64,000 nucleotides of DNA from a bacterium. GTDB taxonomy: Bacteria > UBA8248. Numbering within the stretch: the stretch's first letter is position 1; the number at the start of each line of letters is the position of its first letter. Shown piece after piece: positions 20,298 through 29,012 of this stretch. Location of the stretch: positions 1,792,001-1,856,000 of the forward strand of contig CBDBZU010000004.1 in assembly GCA_965213625.1 (NCBI GenBank), given 5' to 3'. The notes under the pieces were generated by a model. That model was given only the letters and a program-made list of their open reading frames with translations, was not told where the DNA came from and searched no databases. Position numbers and translations under genes: made by a program.

Positions 20298-21182
20298 TTG
20301 GCTAAAAAAATCGCATTCTTGGGGCTCGGCAACATGGGCGGAGCCGTCGCCGCCAATATGAAGAAGGCGGGCTACGAAGTCGTGGGCTACGACCCGAGCA
20401 TCGCTGCGCAGGAGGCGGCGAAAGAGGCCGGCATCCCCGTCTTCGATTCTCCCGCCGAGGCGGGCCGGGAAGCGGACTACGTGTGCAGTTCGGTCCCGAA
20501 AGGAGAGCACGTGCGCGACGCCTACCTGGGCGAGAAGGGCGCGCTGCTCACCGCGAAAGAAGGCGCGGTGTGTTTCGATTTCTCCACCATTCTGCCCGAG
20601 GAGAGCATCGCCGTCGCCGAAGAAGCCGCGAGCCGCGGCTTTCATTTTCTGGACGCCCCCATCAGCGGAAACGCCATCATTGCGCGCGACAAAAAAATAG
20701 GCTTCATGGTGGGGGGTGATAAGGAGATACTCGACGCGCACCGCGCGGTGCTGGACTGCGCGTGCGAGTTGCTCGATTATTTCGGCCCCAATGGCTCGGG
20801 CTTGCGGATGAAGCTCATCACGAACCACCTCGTCTCGGCCCAGCTATGTGCTCTGGCGGAAGGGTTCACCCTCGGCGTGAAATCGGGCCTGGACCCGGAC
20901 CAGATGATGGAATATCTCTATTCGAGCACGGTGTTTCGCGTGATGAACACGCGCGGCCGGGGGCTGAGGAACAAGGAATATGAACCCGTGAAGTTCGCGC
21001 TCGCCCTCATGCACAAGGACCTGGGGCTGATTCGCGAGTTCGCGCGTGAAAACGGCGCTTCCGCCCCGGTTATCGACGCGGTCGGGAAAGCATACCAGGG
21101 CGCGATGGATATGGGACTCGGGGCGATGGACCAGGGCGTCATACGCGAGTGGTTCGAGCGCGAGGCGGGTTTGAGCGATTAG
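20298..21182 (+). CDS. NAD(P)-dependent beta-hydroxyacid dehydrogenase (3-hydroxyisobutyrate DH family)
   Basis: GLGNMG, DAPISG, MVGG, KLITN, KDL. Confidence 0.9.
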   Translation: MAKKIAFLGLGNMGGAVAANMKKAGYEVVGYDPSIAAQEAAKEAGIPVFDSPAEAGREADYVCSSVPKGEHVRDAYLGEKGALLTAKEGAVCFDFSTILPEESIAVAEEAASRGFHFLDAPISGNAIIARDKKIGFMVGGDKEILDAHRAVLDCACELLDYFGPNGSGLRMKLITNHLVSAQLCALAEGFTLGVKSGLDPDQMMEYLYSSTVFRVMNTRGRGLRNKEYEPVKFALALMHKDLGLIREFARENGASAPVIDAVGKAYQGAMDMGLGAMDQGVIREWFEREAGLSD

Positions 21183-21224
21183 GCGAGGTTATCTTTACCG
21201 GATGCCGTTCAGGAGGATGGACGA

Positions 21225-22100
21225 TTGGAACAGTTGACCGACAACGTATTTTTTTATGATTGCTATCCCACGATGGGCATGGTGGTGACGGATGACGGCG
21301 TCATCGCGATAGACGGCCCCATGCGTCCCTCGGAAGCCATCGCCTGGCGTGATTTTATCGCCGAGAAGGGCCCGCTCCGTTATCTCGTCAACACCGAGCA
21401 TCATCAAGATCACATCGCGGCGAACTGGTTCTTACAGCCTGAGCGGATCATTTCGAGCGAGATCACGTATGCGGATTTCTACACCTCCATCGCCACGCCG
21501 GAAGACGGCAAGGAGCGCATGTTAAAGTACGACCCCGAGAACGAGGCGCTGCTCGAGGGCTTCGAACTCAGGCCTCCCGACATCACCTACAAGGGACGGA
21601 TGACGATTCGCCTGGGCGGTAAGACGTTCATCCTCATCGAATCCCCCGGCCACACGCGCGGGCAGACGGTCGTCCACGCGGTGGAGGATCGCGTCGCCTT
21701 CACGGCGGACAACCTCACGCCCGCCTTCAACGTGGCGTGCCATTCCGCCGACGTGTGGGGCTGGTTCCAGTCGCTGGGCGTGCTCGAAGCCCTGGACGTG
21801 GACTGGTACGTGCCCGGACACGGGAGACCTTGTCAAAAAAGCGAGATACCCCGCCAGCGCGAGAAACTCCATGAGCTGATAGACAAAGTCAGGGTCTTGA
21901 AAAACGGTGGACTCAGCCGTGAGGAGGTGCAGGACAAGGTGTTCGAGGTGTATGAGACGGAACTCAACAGCATGGATCACCTGGGCGAGCGCCTCACCAT
22001 GCTGAGAAAGGGAGGACTCGGCAACATCTTTGATTATCTCGATGAACACCCCTCGGGTCCCTTGAACAACCGCACGGACCCGGTGTGGCCGCACATGTGA
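21225..22100 (+). CDS. MBL-fold metallohydrolase (cyclase-like)
   Basis: NTEHHQDH, PGHT, FTAD, VPGHG. Confidence 0.85.
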   Translation: MEQLTDNVFFYDCYPTMGMVVTDDGVIAIDGPMRPSEAIAWRDFIAEKGPLRYLVNTEHHQDHIAANWFLQPERIISSEITYADFYTSIATPEDGKERMLKYDPENEALLEGFELRPPDITYKGRMTIRLGGKTFILIESPGHTRGQTVVHAVEDRVAFTADNLTPAFNVACHSADVWGWFQSLGVLEALDVDWYVPGHGRPCQKSEIPRQREKLHELIDKVRVLKNGGLSREEVQDKVFEVYETELNSMDHLGERLTMLRKGGLGNIFDYLDEHPSGPLNNRTDPVWPHM

Positions 22101-22154
22101 GGCGAAGCGCCGTGCTTCCTTTCGTATTTTCCAGATATTGAGAGAGATTTTGCG

Positions 22155-23618
22155 ATGAAACCAATGAATTTGCTCGTCATCATGGCGGATGAGTTGAGTC
22201 TGAAAACGCTCGGCTGCTATGGACACCCGATGGTGAAAACACCGAACATTGATCGCCTGGCGGCCGCTGGCGCACGGTTTACGAGCGCCTACACGAATTC
22301 CCCGATCTGCACGGCCGCGCGGGCGAGCTTCGCCACGGGTCGCTACGTGCACGAAATCGGCTGTTGGGACAACGCGAGTCCCTATATGGGCGAGCCGACG
22401 GGCTGGGGGCATCGCCTGCAGGACGAGGGCCACCGCGTCACCTCCATCGGCAAGCTGCACTACAGAAACCCCGCTGACCCCACAGGTTTCGACGAGCAAA
22501 TCGTGCCCATGCATGCGCGCGACGGCGGGGTGGGCAGCGTGCTCGGCTCCATTCGCGATGAGCTGATCGTTCAGAAGGCGGACAAGCTCGCGCGCGAGAT
22601 AGGTCCGGGCGAGACGAGTTATTCGAACTACGACCTGGACATCACCGAGAAAGCCTGCGACTGGCTCGAAAACGATGCGGAAAAATATAGTGACAGCCTC
22701 AAACCCTGGATGACGTTCGTCTCCTTCGTCTCGCCCCATTTCCCCCTGATGGCGCCGAAGAAGTACTTTGATTTGTATCCGACAGACGCCGTGCCCATGC
22801 CCAAAACCCATGCGCTGGATGGCCGCCCCCGGCATCCGTGGATAGAGGCGTACCGGAAATACGTGCCCTCGGACAGCTTTTTCGACGATGAAAAAAGGCG
22901 CGTCGCCATCGCTTCATATTTCGGGCTTTGCACGTTTTTGGACGATCAGGTGGGCCTCGTGCTGGAAAGTCTCAAGCGCGCTGGTCTCGCGGATTCCACC
23001 CGCATCATCTTCGCGAGCGATCACGGCGAGAACCTGGGAGCGCGGGGAACCTGGGGCAAGGGCACGATGTACGAAGAATCGGCCGCCGTGCCGCTCATAA
23101 TGGCCGGGCCGGATATCGAGGCGGGCGCTGTGGTCGAGACGCCCGTATCGCTTCTTGATTTCTATCCCACCATCCTCGAATCCGTGGGCGTTTCGCCCGA
23201 TAAGGAAGACAAGACCCGCGCGGGCCGCTCGCTTTACGGAATTGCGGGCGCTCCTTTTGACGCGGAAAGAATCGTTTTTAGCGAATACCACGCCTCGGGC
23301 GCTGAGACGGCGGCCTACCTCATCCGGAAGGGCAAGAAGAAATACATTTACTACGTGGACTATCCGCCCGAGTTGTATGATCTGGAAACGGATCCCGAGG
23401 AGCAGGACGACCTCGCCGGAAAACCGGAGAGCAAACCGATCATCCATGAACTCGAAGGCGATTTGCGGGAAATTCTCGACCCTGTAGAGGTGGATGAGCG
23501 CGCCAAGCGAGATCAGGCTGCGCTCATCGAGCGGCTCGGGGGACGCGACCACGTCATCGAAACCGCAAAAATCGGCGCCACCCCCACGCCGGGCGATTAT
23601 GCGGATGATGGGTATTGA
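22155..23618 (+). CDS. Sulfatase (choline-sulfatase-like)
   Basis: IMADE, TPNID, CTAARASFATG, GKLH, SDHG, MYEES, ELYDL..DP.E. Confidence 0.9.
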   Translation: MKPMNLLVIMADELSLKTLGCYGHPMVKTPNIDRLAAAGARFTSAYTNSPICTAARASFATGRYVHEIGCWDNASPYMGEPTGWGHRLQDEGHRVTSIGKLHYRNPADPTGFDEQIVPMHARDGGVGSVLGSIRDELIVQKADKLAREIGPGETSYSNYDLDITEKACDWLENDAEKYSDSLKPWMTFVSFVSPHFPLMAPKKYFDLYPTDAVPMPKTHALDGRPRHPWIEAYRKYVPSDSFFDDEKRRVAIASYFGLCTFLDDQVGLVLESLKRAGLADSTRIIFASDHGENLGARGTWGKGTMYEESAAVPLIMAGPDIEAGAVVETPVSLLDFYPTILESVGVSPDKEDKTRAGRSLYGIAGAPFDAERIVFSEYHASGAETAAYLIRKGKKKYIYYVDYPPELYDLETDPEEQDDLAGKPESKPIIHELEGDLREILDPVEVDERAKRDQAALIERLGGRDHVIETAKIGATPTPGDYADDGY

Positions 23619-23660
23619 GGTGGTGGGGTGGTAGGATGATAGAGTGATCATATTTTTTAG

Positions 23661-23702
23661 TTGACTCCAAGGCCGCCAAGTTGTAATGTATTTGACATCA
23701 CA
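23661..23702 (+). promoter_or_regulatory. Sigma70-like promoter with overlapping inverted-repeat operator of TA operon
   Basis: TTGACT-17 bp-TAATGT; TGTAATGT...ACATCACA imperfect palindrome. Confidence 0.55.
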
Positions 23703-23718
23703 TTGAGGTGACAGCATT

Positions 23719-23940
23719 ATGACTCAAATTACCGCACGTTTGCCGAATGAGGTGGTCGATGCACTGGATGAGGCGGCGAACCGTCTTAAACGGAGTCGTG
23801 CAGAAATCATCCGCCAGGCGATCGAGCGTTATTTGGAAGAATTCGATGATCTTTCGGTAGCCGTGGATCGGCTGCGCGACCCGAACGATCCGGTGCTCGA
23901 CTGGGATCAGGTAAGGCGTGAATTTCTCGATACAGATTAA
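23719..23940 (+). CDS. CopG/RHH antitoxin
   Basis: QITARL...LD...KRSRAEIIRQAIERYL, acidic C-terminus; overlaps toxin gene. Confidence 0.85.
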   Translation: MTQITARLPNEVVDALDEAANRLKRSRAEIIRQAIERYLEEFDDLSVAVDRLRDPNDPVLDWDQVRREFLDTD

Positions 23941-24202
23941 ACGAAGTGCGGCCAGGGAGTTGGAACGCCTCGATAAAGCGGATCGCACGCGAATTGCCGA
24001 GGCCATCGACCGGCTGGCTGAGCACCCCTTGCTGGGAAGTGCGCTCAAAGGGGAGGTGCGTGGGCTAAGGCGACTCATCATCGGTGATTTTCGCGTGATT
24101 TACGAGGTGCAGGACGAGGCACTCGTCGTTCTGGTCGTTCACATCAACCGCTGGCGCAGGGGCGATGGACAAAGACGCGGCGCGCGGAACAACGGGGGCT
24201 GA
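23918..24202 (+). CDS. RelE/ParE-family toxin, atypical C-terminus
   Basis: SAARELERL...LKGEVRGLRRLIIGDFRVIYEV. Confidence 0.85.
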   Translation: MNFSIQIKRSAARELERLDKADRTRIAEAIDRLAEHPLLGSALKGEVRGLRRLIIGDFRVIYEVQDEALVVLVVHINRWRRGDGQRRGARNNGG

Positions 24203-24648
24203 GCGTTGAATATTGAAGATAAAGGATTTCACGTCGGCTGATCTTGTAATCTCTCCAAAGAACTCATAGAAAAATTTTCCTGGAACTTCGGTAGCACTCG
24301 GAAACCTCTCACCGGTTTTGTGGGTGGGTCGGTTTCAAAGATTCACCGTTATTTCCTCTCCTTCACACCTCTTGTGTAGTGGCACTCCGAAACTGATTGT
24401 AGGTAGTGCGGTTCTGAGCAGCCGTAGCCGTGTATGGGAGTATTGTGCGTAAAGGCAGGAAGAGGAGGAGTGAAGCTCAAAGTTCTTGGGCTTGTTGATT
24501 TTATATGATGTGTTGTAATGTAATGTGAATTAAAATGATTTATATATGCCATGTGCGGGATTGGTCGGTGAAAACGTCAGTATTCACAGACAGAATTTCT
24601 AATATTGTATTGTACATTAGAGTTCATTCAGAGTGAGGCGTTATTTTC

Positions 24649-25162
24649 ATGGCAATAGTTCGTAAAAGTAATGTCACATTTGATTGGTGGGAAGATTTCC
24701 GGTCTGCGGTAAAAACAAATGATTGACTCGGGAGTTTACAAGTCATTGGCGGGCATTCATGTGTCGCGATGTATGGCCCAACCGGATATCGGCGCTTTTT
24801 CCCCTGGCATCGTGCTTACTTGCTCGCCATGGAGCGCGGTCTGGGAGAGATCGACAATACGCTCTCGCTTCCCTTCTGGGATTGGGATGATGACCAGGGG
24901 CGATATGGCAAATACACCGATCTCTCCCAATGATGTCGTATTCTGGATGTACCATGCGGCCGTCGATCGGGTTTGGGCGAAGTGGCAAACAAATAACCCG
25001 GGCGAGCATGCGTTTCTCTCCGGAGAGGATGCGAAACTTGGCCCTTGGGGCGATGAATTCACGGTCGGTAACATTAACGATATATCGAATTTAGATAATG
25101 ACAGCTACTTCTACGGGGATACGGATTGTCCGGTGTTACTGGTTTCGTCGCTCGTCGTATGA
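24649..25162 (+). pseudogene. Degraded tyrosinase-family gene
   Basis: CuA-type FFPWHRAYL...LPFWDW in one frame, CuB-type SPND.VFWMYHAAVDRVWAKWQ in another; frameshifts and large internal loss. Confidence 0.7.
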
Positions 25163-25260
25163 GCCGATTTCTGACTTCGTCTCAAACATTGGCGGTATCA
25201 ACGTTCGGCCAACTCCCGTTTTTTTACGAGCGGGACATGAGCATCACAAAATGTATATTG

Positions 25261-25354
25261 CGTAGGGTCGGCCTCTGCGTCTGTCTCCCAACGTTCGACC
25301 TGTTCGCGGACCGCACCTTCGTGAGCAGGATGCACGCGGAGGTCCGTCCCTACG
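25261..25354. repeat. Degenerate GTAG REP pair
   Basis: CGTAGGG.CGGCCTCTGCGT ... ACGCGGAGGTCCGTCCCTACG inverted. Confidence 0.6.
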
Positions 25355-25425
25355 CATCTCTTTCTATTTAGGTCGGGATTGACCCCGGATGTCTAAAATA
25401 CATTGGGGGAAATTCAATCTTCGGT

Positions 25426-26772
25426 TCAGTCTGCTCCCGCGATCCATCGCGCGGATTCGGCGAGTGCTTCCTTTGCTTTATTGATTTTGTCTGAATCCAC
25501 CAGCAGTTTTCCGTCCGCTTTCACTCTCTCTCCTGCGATGAATACGGTATCCACATTCGAGCGTTCCACGTAGAAGACGACGGCGCGGACGGCGTCGCCT
25601 GCGGGCGTCACGTTGATGTCGTCTTTTCGGATGAGGACGAGGTCGGCCTGCTTGCCGGGTGTGATGGATCCGATTCTATCTGCCATACCCATCGCGTGGG
25701 CGTTGTTGATGGTGCCCCAGGCGAGCGCGTCGCGCGCCGAGAAGGAAAGAGCGGGCGCGCGGTAGGTGCTCTCATCCAGGCGGCGGTTGTCGAATATCCG
25801 CTGGACCTGAAGAGCGTGGCGCATGGCGTGGAGCATGTTCCCGCTGACGTAGGTTTCCAGGTCCACGCCGAGTGACGGCCTGCCGCCCAGCGCGTTCACG
25901 CGCCCGCAGACGGCCTCGCCCCGGTTCGTCTGCATCTCGGCGGATGGCGTGGCCGTGATGGAAGCGCCCGAGTCGATGATCACCTGGAGCTCCTCATCGT
26001 CCACGTAGTTGCAGTGCACGAGGTTGTGGTCGGGACCGAGAACCCCTTCTTTGGCAAGTGTGTGGTAGCCGCCCTTCACCTTTCGGCTCGCGTCGCCCCA
26101 GATGTGCGCGCTCGACAACAGCCCGTATTCGCGCGCCAGGCGCATGTCGTGAAGCGCCACTTCCAGGGGAGAGTAATCGGCTCCCAGAATGGCCATCGCC
26201 AGGGTGATGAGGCCCTCGTCACTTGACAGGCGGCCCGTTCGCAGCCGCTTGATCTCGCTCTCTGGATGCGGGATTTGCGAATAGTGGGGCTCGCCCTCCC
26301 TGGGTTTCGGCTTGGGCGTTCCGTGCCCGAAAAGGGCGCGGATGCCGGATTCTTCCAAGGCGTCGATTCCTGCGTCGGTGTGCTCGGGGGTGGGGTTGTT
26401 GTGGCACCAGTCGAAAAGCGTCGTCGTCCCGGCGTCCATCTGCGCCCATGCGCCTACGAGGGTCGCGATGTAGACATCCTCGGGCCGGTAGCGCGGAGCC
26501 ATGGTTTCATGCGCAATCTCGAAATAGCTGCGTCCGCCCCAGTCTCCGCCCAGGCCGCGAAGCGCGGTCTGCCAAGTGTGCATGTGCGCGTTGATGAGGC
26601 CGGGTAGGAGGATCATGCCGCTCGCATCGATAGTGTCCGAATCGGCTACCGGGAGACTCTCGCCCACCGCGGAAATAAGCGCACCTTCGAATAAGACGTC
26701 GCCGCACTCGATTTCCCCCACCTCGGGGTCCATCGAGAGAATTACGGCGTTTCGGATGAGGGTTTTCGTCAT
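25426..26772 (-). CDS. Amidohydrolase family protein (deaminase/AtzA-like)
   Basis: PGLINAHMH, AH, LVH, LGVD, GSITPGKQADLV. Confidence 0.9.
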   Translation of the reverse strand: MTKTLIRNAVILSMDPEVGEIECGDVLFEGALISAVGESLPVADSDTIDASGMILLPGLINAHMHTWQTALRGLGGDWGGRSYFEIAHETMAPRYRPEDVYIATLVGAWAQMDAGTTTLFDWCHNNPTPEHTDAGIDALEESGIRALFGHGTPKPKPREGEPHYSQIPHPESEIKRLRTGRLSSDEGLITLAMAILGADYSPLEVALHDMRLAREYGLLSSAHIWGDASRKVKGGYHTLAKEGVLGPDHNLVHCNYVDDEELQVIIDSGASITATPSAEMQTNRGEAVCGRVNALGGRPSLGVDLETYVSGNMLHAMRHALQVQRIFDNRRLDESTYRAPALSFSARDALAWGTINNAHAMGMADRIGSITPGKQADLVLIRKDDINVTPAGDAVRAVVFYVERSNVDTVFIAGERVKADGKLLVDSDKINKAKEALAESARWIAGAD

Positions 26773-26804
26773 GCGCCGCTTCCCGCCTCGGGGAATTCAT
26801 CCGG
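26762..26804. repeat. 43-bp direct repeat, copy 1 (copy 2 at 27532-27574)
   Basis: GTTTTCGTCATGCGCCGCTTCCCGC(C/T)TCGGGGAATTCATCCGG, 1 mismatch. Confidence 0.95.
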
Positions 26805-26863
26805 TCCGCAGGGCTTATTCATGGACGAGTATTTTCGAAGGTGCTCGGATTCCGCGCCATGTA

Positions 26864-27079
26864 TCAGACGGCTTTTATGGAGTGAAGGGGCAGCGCCTCC
26901 GTTTCCAGTGTGGATAGGTCGATCCGACGCGAGGCATGGTCGATGTCGAAGCCGACCACACCGCCATCGGCGGCGATATCTACATTGAGTCCGTCGGAAA
27001 CTTCGCGCGTCTCTGCGCCCGGTTCGGTTCTGAACTCGATATAAAGGCTATCGGTTTCGGGGTAATAATGAAGTTTCAT
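26864..27079 (-). CDS. DUF2283-type putative antitoxin
   Basis: MKLHYYPETDSLYIEF...VDI..DG.VVGFDIDHAS. Confidence 0.85.
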   Translation of the reverse strand: MKLHYYPETDSLYIEFRTEPGAETREVSDGLNVDIAADGGVVGFDIDHASRRIDLSTLETEALPLHSIKAV

Positions 27080-27326
27080 GGCGCATCCTTTCTGAATCCG
27101 CGATCGAAGAAGGCGTTGTGCACGGTTTCTCCGTCAGCAAGCGTAATCACGCGGAGGATTCGTGGAGCATCTTCGCCGGATTGCAGAATTTCTCCCCAGA
27201 ATCGGAACCGCCCATCCGATTGTACCTCACGACGAAGAGGTTCGCTGATGACCTCGGCGCACCATTCGCGCTCGATATATGGCCGTTTCCGCAATACTTG
27301 GTCTTCAAAGTACCGCGTCTTTTCAT
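27076..27326 (-). pseudogene. Putative toxin partner of DUF2283, 1-nt frameshift near start
   Basis: ATG at 27326 is one base out of frame with TRYFEDQVLRKRPYI...GRFRFWG...LRVITLADGETVHNAFFDR; ATGA overlap with antitoxin. Confidence 0.6.
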
Positions 27327-27531
27327 ACGCCAGTGCCGGATATCACTTCCAATTTACTTTCTTTTCATTATATTTGCACGGGAATCCGGATGATGAGTGA
27401 GATTTTACGGCAGCACCCGAAAGTGTCCCGGGCCATAAGGCGTCTTGTAGCAGATAACGCCTCCGATCACCAGAAGCGACGTTTTCCGAAGTCCTTGTAT
27501 CCATCGGAGAATTGCAGCGTTTTGTATAAGA

Positions 27532-27574
27532 GTTTTCGTCATGCGCCGCTTCCCGCTTCGGGGAATTCATCCGG
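27532..27574. repeat. 43-bp direct repeat, copy 2
   Basis: See 26762-26804; degenerate similarity extends about 40 bp further left. Confidence 0.95.
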
Positions 27575-28189
27575 CCAGTCGGCGAGCAGGGCTTCGAGAT
27601 AGGCCTTCAAATCATCGGGGTTTTTGCGGCGGATCTTGTTCCTGTCGATCTCCTCTTGCACTTCGATGGGAATCGCCAAGGCATCGTTGAACTTGTTTCT
27701 CATGTTGAAATAGGTGATGACCATGGTGAGTTCCACGATTTCTGAGTCGCTGAAATACTTTTTGACTTCGGCAAATACGTCGTCCCGCTCCCTGGCCGTA
27801 TTGAGCGTGACGTGCTCCGCCCAGAGCAGGACGGCGCGCTCTTTCTCGGTGAAGGGGCTGTAGTCTCCCTCGTTGATGGCGGCTATATCTGCTTCCGAAA
27901 TTCCCACCGATTGACCAACCGGCGTGTTGTGCGCCAGTCAGTAGGCGCAGTTGTTGAGCCGGCTGGTGTTGATGATGGCGAGCTCCTTCGTCTTCGTGTC
28001 GAGGGCCGAGCCGAGGCCCTGGCGCAGGAGAGACGAGGTGAGCGGCAGCATGAACTTCGTGATGAACGGCTGGTTCGCCATCACCCGCCAGGCGTTGGGA
28101 ATGCGGTTCAGCAGAACACCCGCATGGTCGAAGAGGTGGTTCACGACGGGGTCGTCGGCGCCTGATTCAAGCATGGGTACGCGGGACAC
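27539..28189 (-). CDS. AhpD/carboxymuconolactone decarboxylase-family selenoprotein (216 aa, Sec at TGA 27938-27940)
   Basis: ORFs 27938-28189 and 27539-27907 are in frame across one TGA, giving ELAIINTSRLNNCAY-U-LAHN (CxxU in place of AhpD CxxC); SECIS-like hairpin follows. Confidence 0.85.
27905..27924 (-). promoter_or_regulatory. Bacterial SECIS-like hairpin
   Basis: mRNA CGCCGGUU-GGUC-AAUCGGUG; G-led apical loop 22 nt after the UGA. Confidence 0.75.
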
Positions 28190-28398
28190 GGTTTCACTCC
28201 TTTTCGGTATTCAGGTTTCATGAGAATGGCCCATTCTCCGATGAAACGCGAATTATTGGAACCGCGGCGGTCTTTTTGCCCCAGCTTGCGCTTGATGCCA
28301 TTCTTTATCGTGAGTTGTGCAGGAAGGTGGTTTGGTGAAGAATAGAAACCGTGAGCGCCTTTGATTCTCACTATTGCGCCGTGTTCAAGGAGTGTGCG

Positions 28399-28623
28399 AT
28401 GTCCGATACGCTTATCGAGAGAAACCCGGATATCCTCGGAGGAACTCCGGTATTCGCAGGCACCAGGGTCCCTGTCCGCACTCTGATGGAGCATCTCGAA
28501 GCAGGCGACAGGCTCGACGATTTTCTGGAAGACTTCCCGACGGTGTCGCGAGAGCAGGCGCTCGGAGCGCTCGAACGCGCGAAGGGGATGCTCACCAGCG
28601 GCGCCGATGAAACTGCTGCTTGA
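28399..28623 (+). CDS. DUF433 antitoxin
   Basis: IERNPDILGGTPVFAGTRVPV...FLEDFPTV. Confidence 0.9.
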   Translation: MSDTLIERNPDILGGTPVFAGTRVPVRTLMEHLEAGDRLDDFLEDFPTVSREQALGALERAKGMLTSGADETAA

Positions 28624-28933
28624 CGAGTCGGTTCCCAGGCGGCTCGGTTCGTTATTCTCTGGTTCATTCGAAGTGCGCACGGTCCAGCAGATGGACTGGG
28701 CGGGAAGCAAGAACGGTGATTTGTTGCGCATGGCGGCCGAGAGTGGATTCGACGCTTTCATCACGGTGGATCAGGGGATCGAATACCAGCAGAACCTCTC
28801 CGAACTGACGATTCCCGTCATCATCATGATCGCCCCCAGAAACCGGTTGCAGGAGCTACAGCCCCTCGTCTCTGAAGTAATCGCAACTCTTTCTGGAGAG
28901 TTACAACCGCGTATCTACCGCGTCCCGGTTTGA
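28607..28933 (+). CDS. DUF5615 PIN-like toxin
   Basis: MKLLLDESVP, W.GSKNGDLL, FITVDQGIEYQQNL. Confidence 0.88.
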   Translation: MKLLLDESVPRRLGSLFSGSFEVRTVQQMDWAGSKNGDLLRMAAESGFDAFITVDQGIEYQQNLSELTIPVIIMIAPRNRLQELQPLVSEVIATLSGELQPRIYRVPV

Positions 28934-29012
28934 ATCGAACCCCAGCTTGCGTCGTGAAGGGCCCCGGTGGGAAGATGCGCCCGTTTTGAATTGACGCTCT
29001 CCAATCAAAGGG

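Noticed and set aside
23624-23636. GTGGGGTGGTAGG shared with 43651-43663, both just before TA islets
   Set aside because: Low-complexity 13-mer; chance matches of this length are expected in 64 kb
24349-24552. 67-aa minus-strand ORF
   Set aside because: No recognisable motif or SD; AT-rich intergenic DNA
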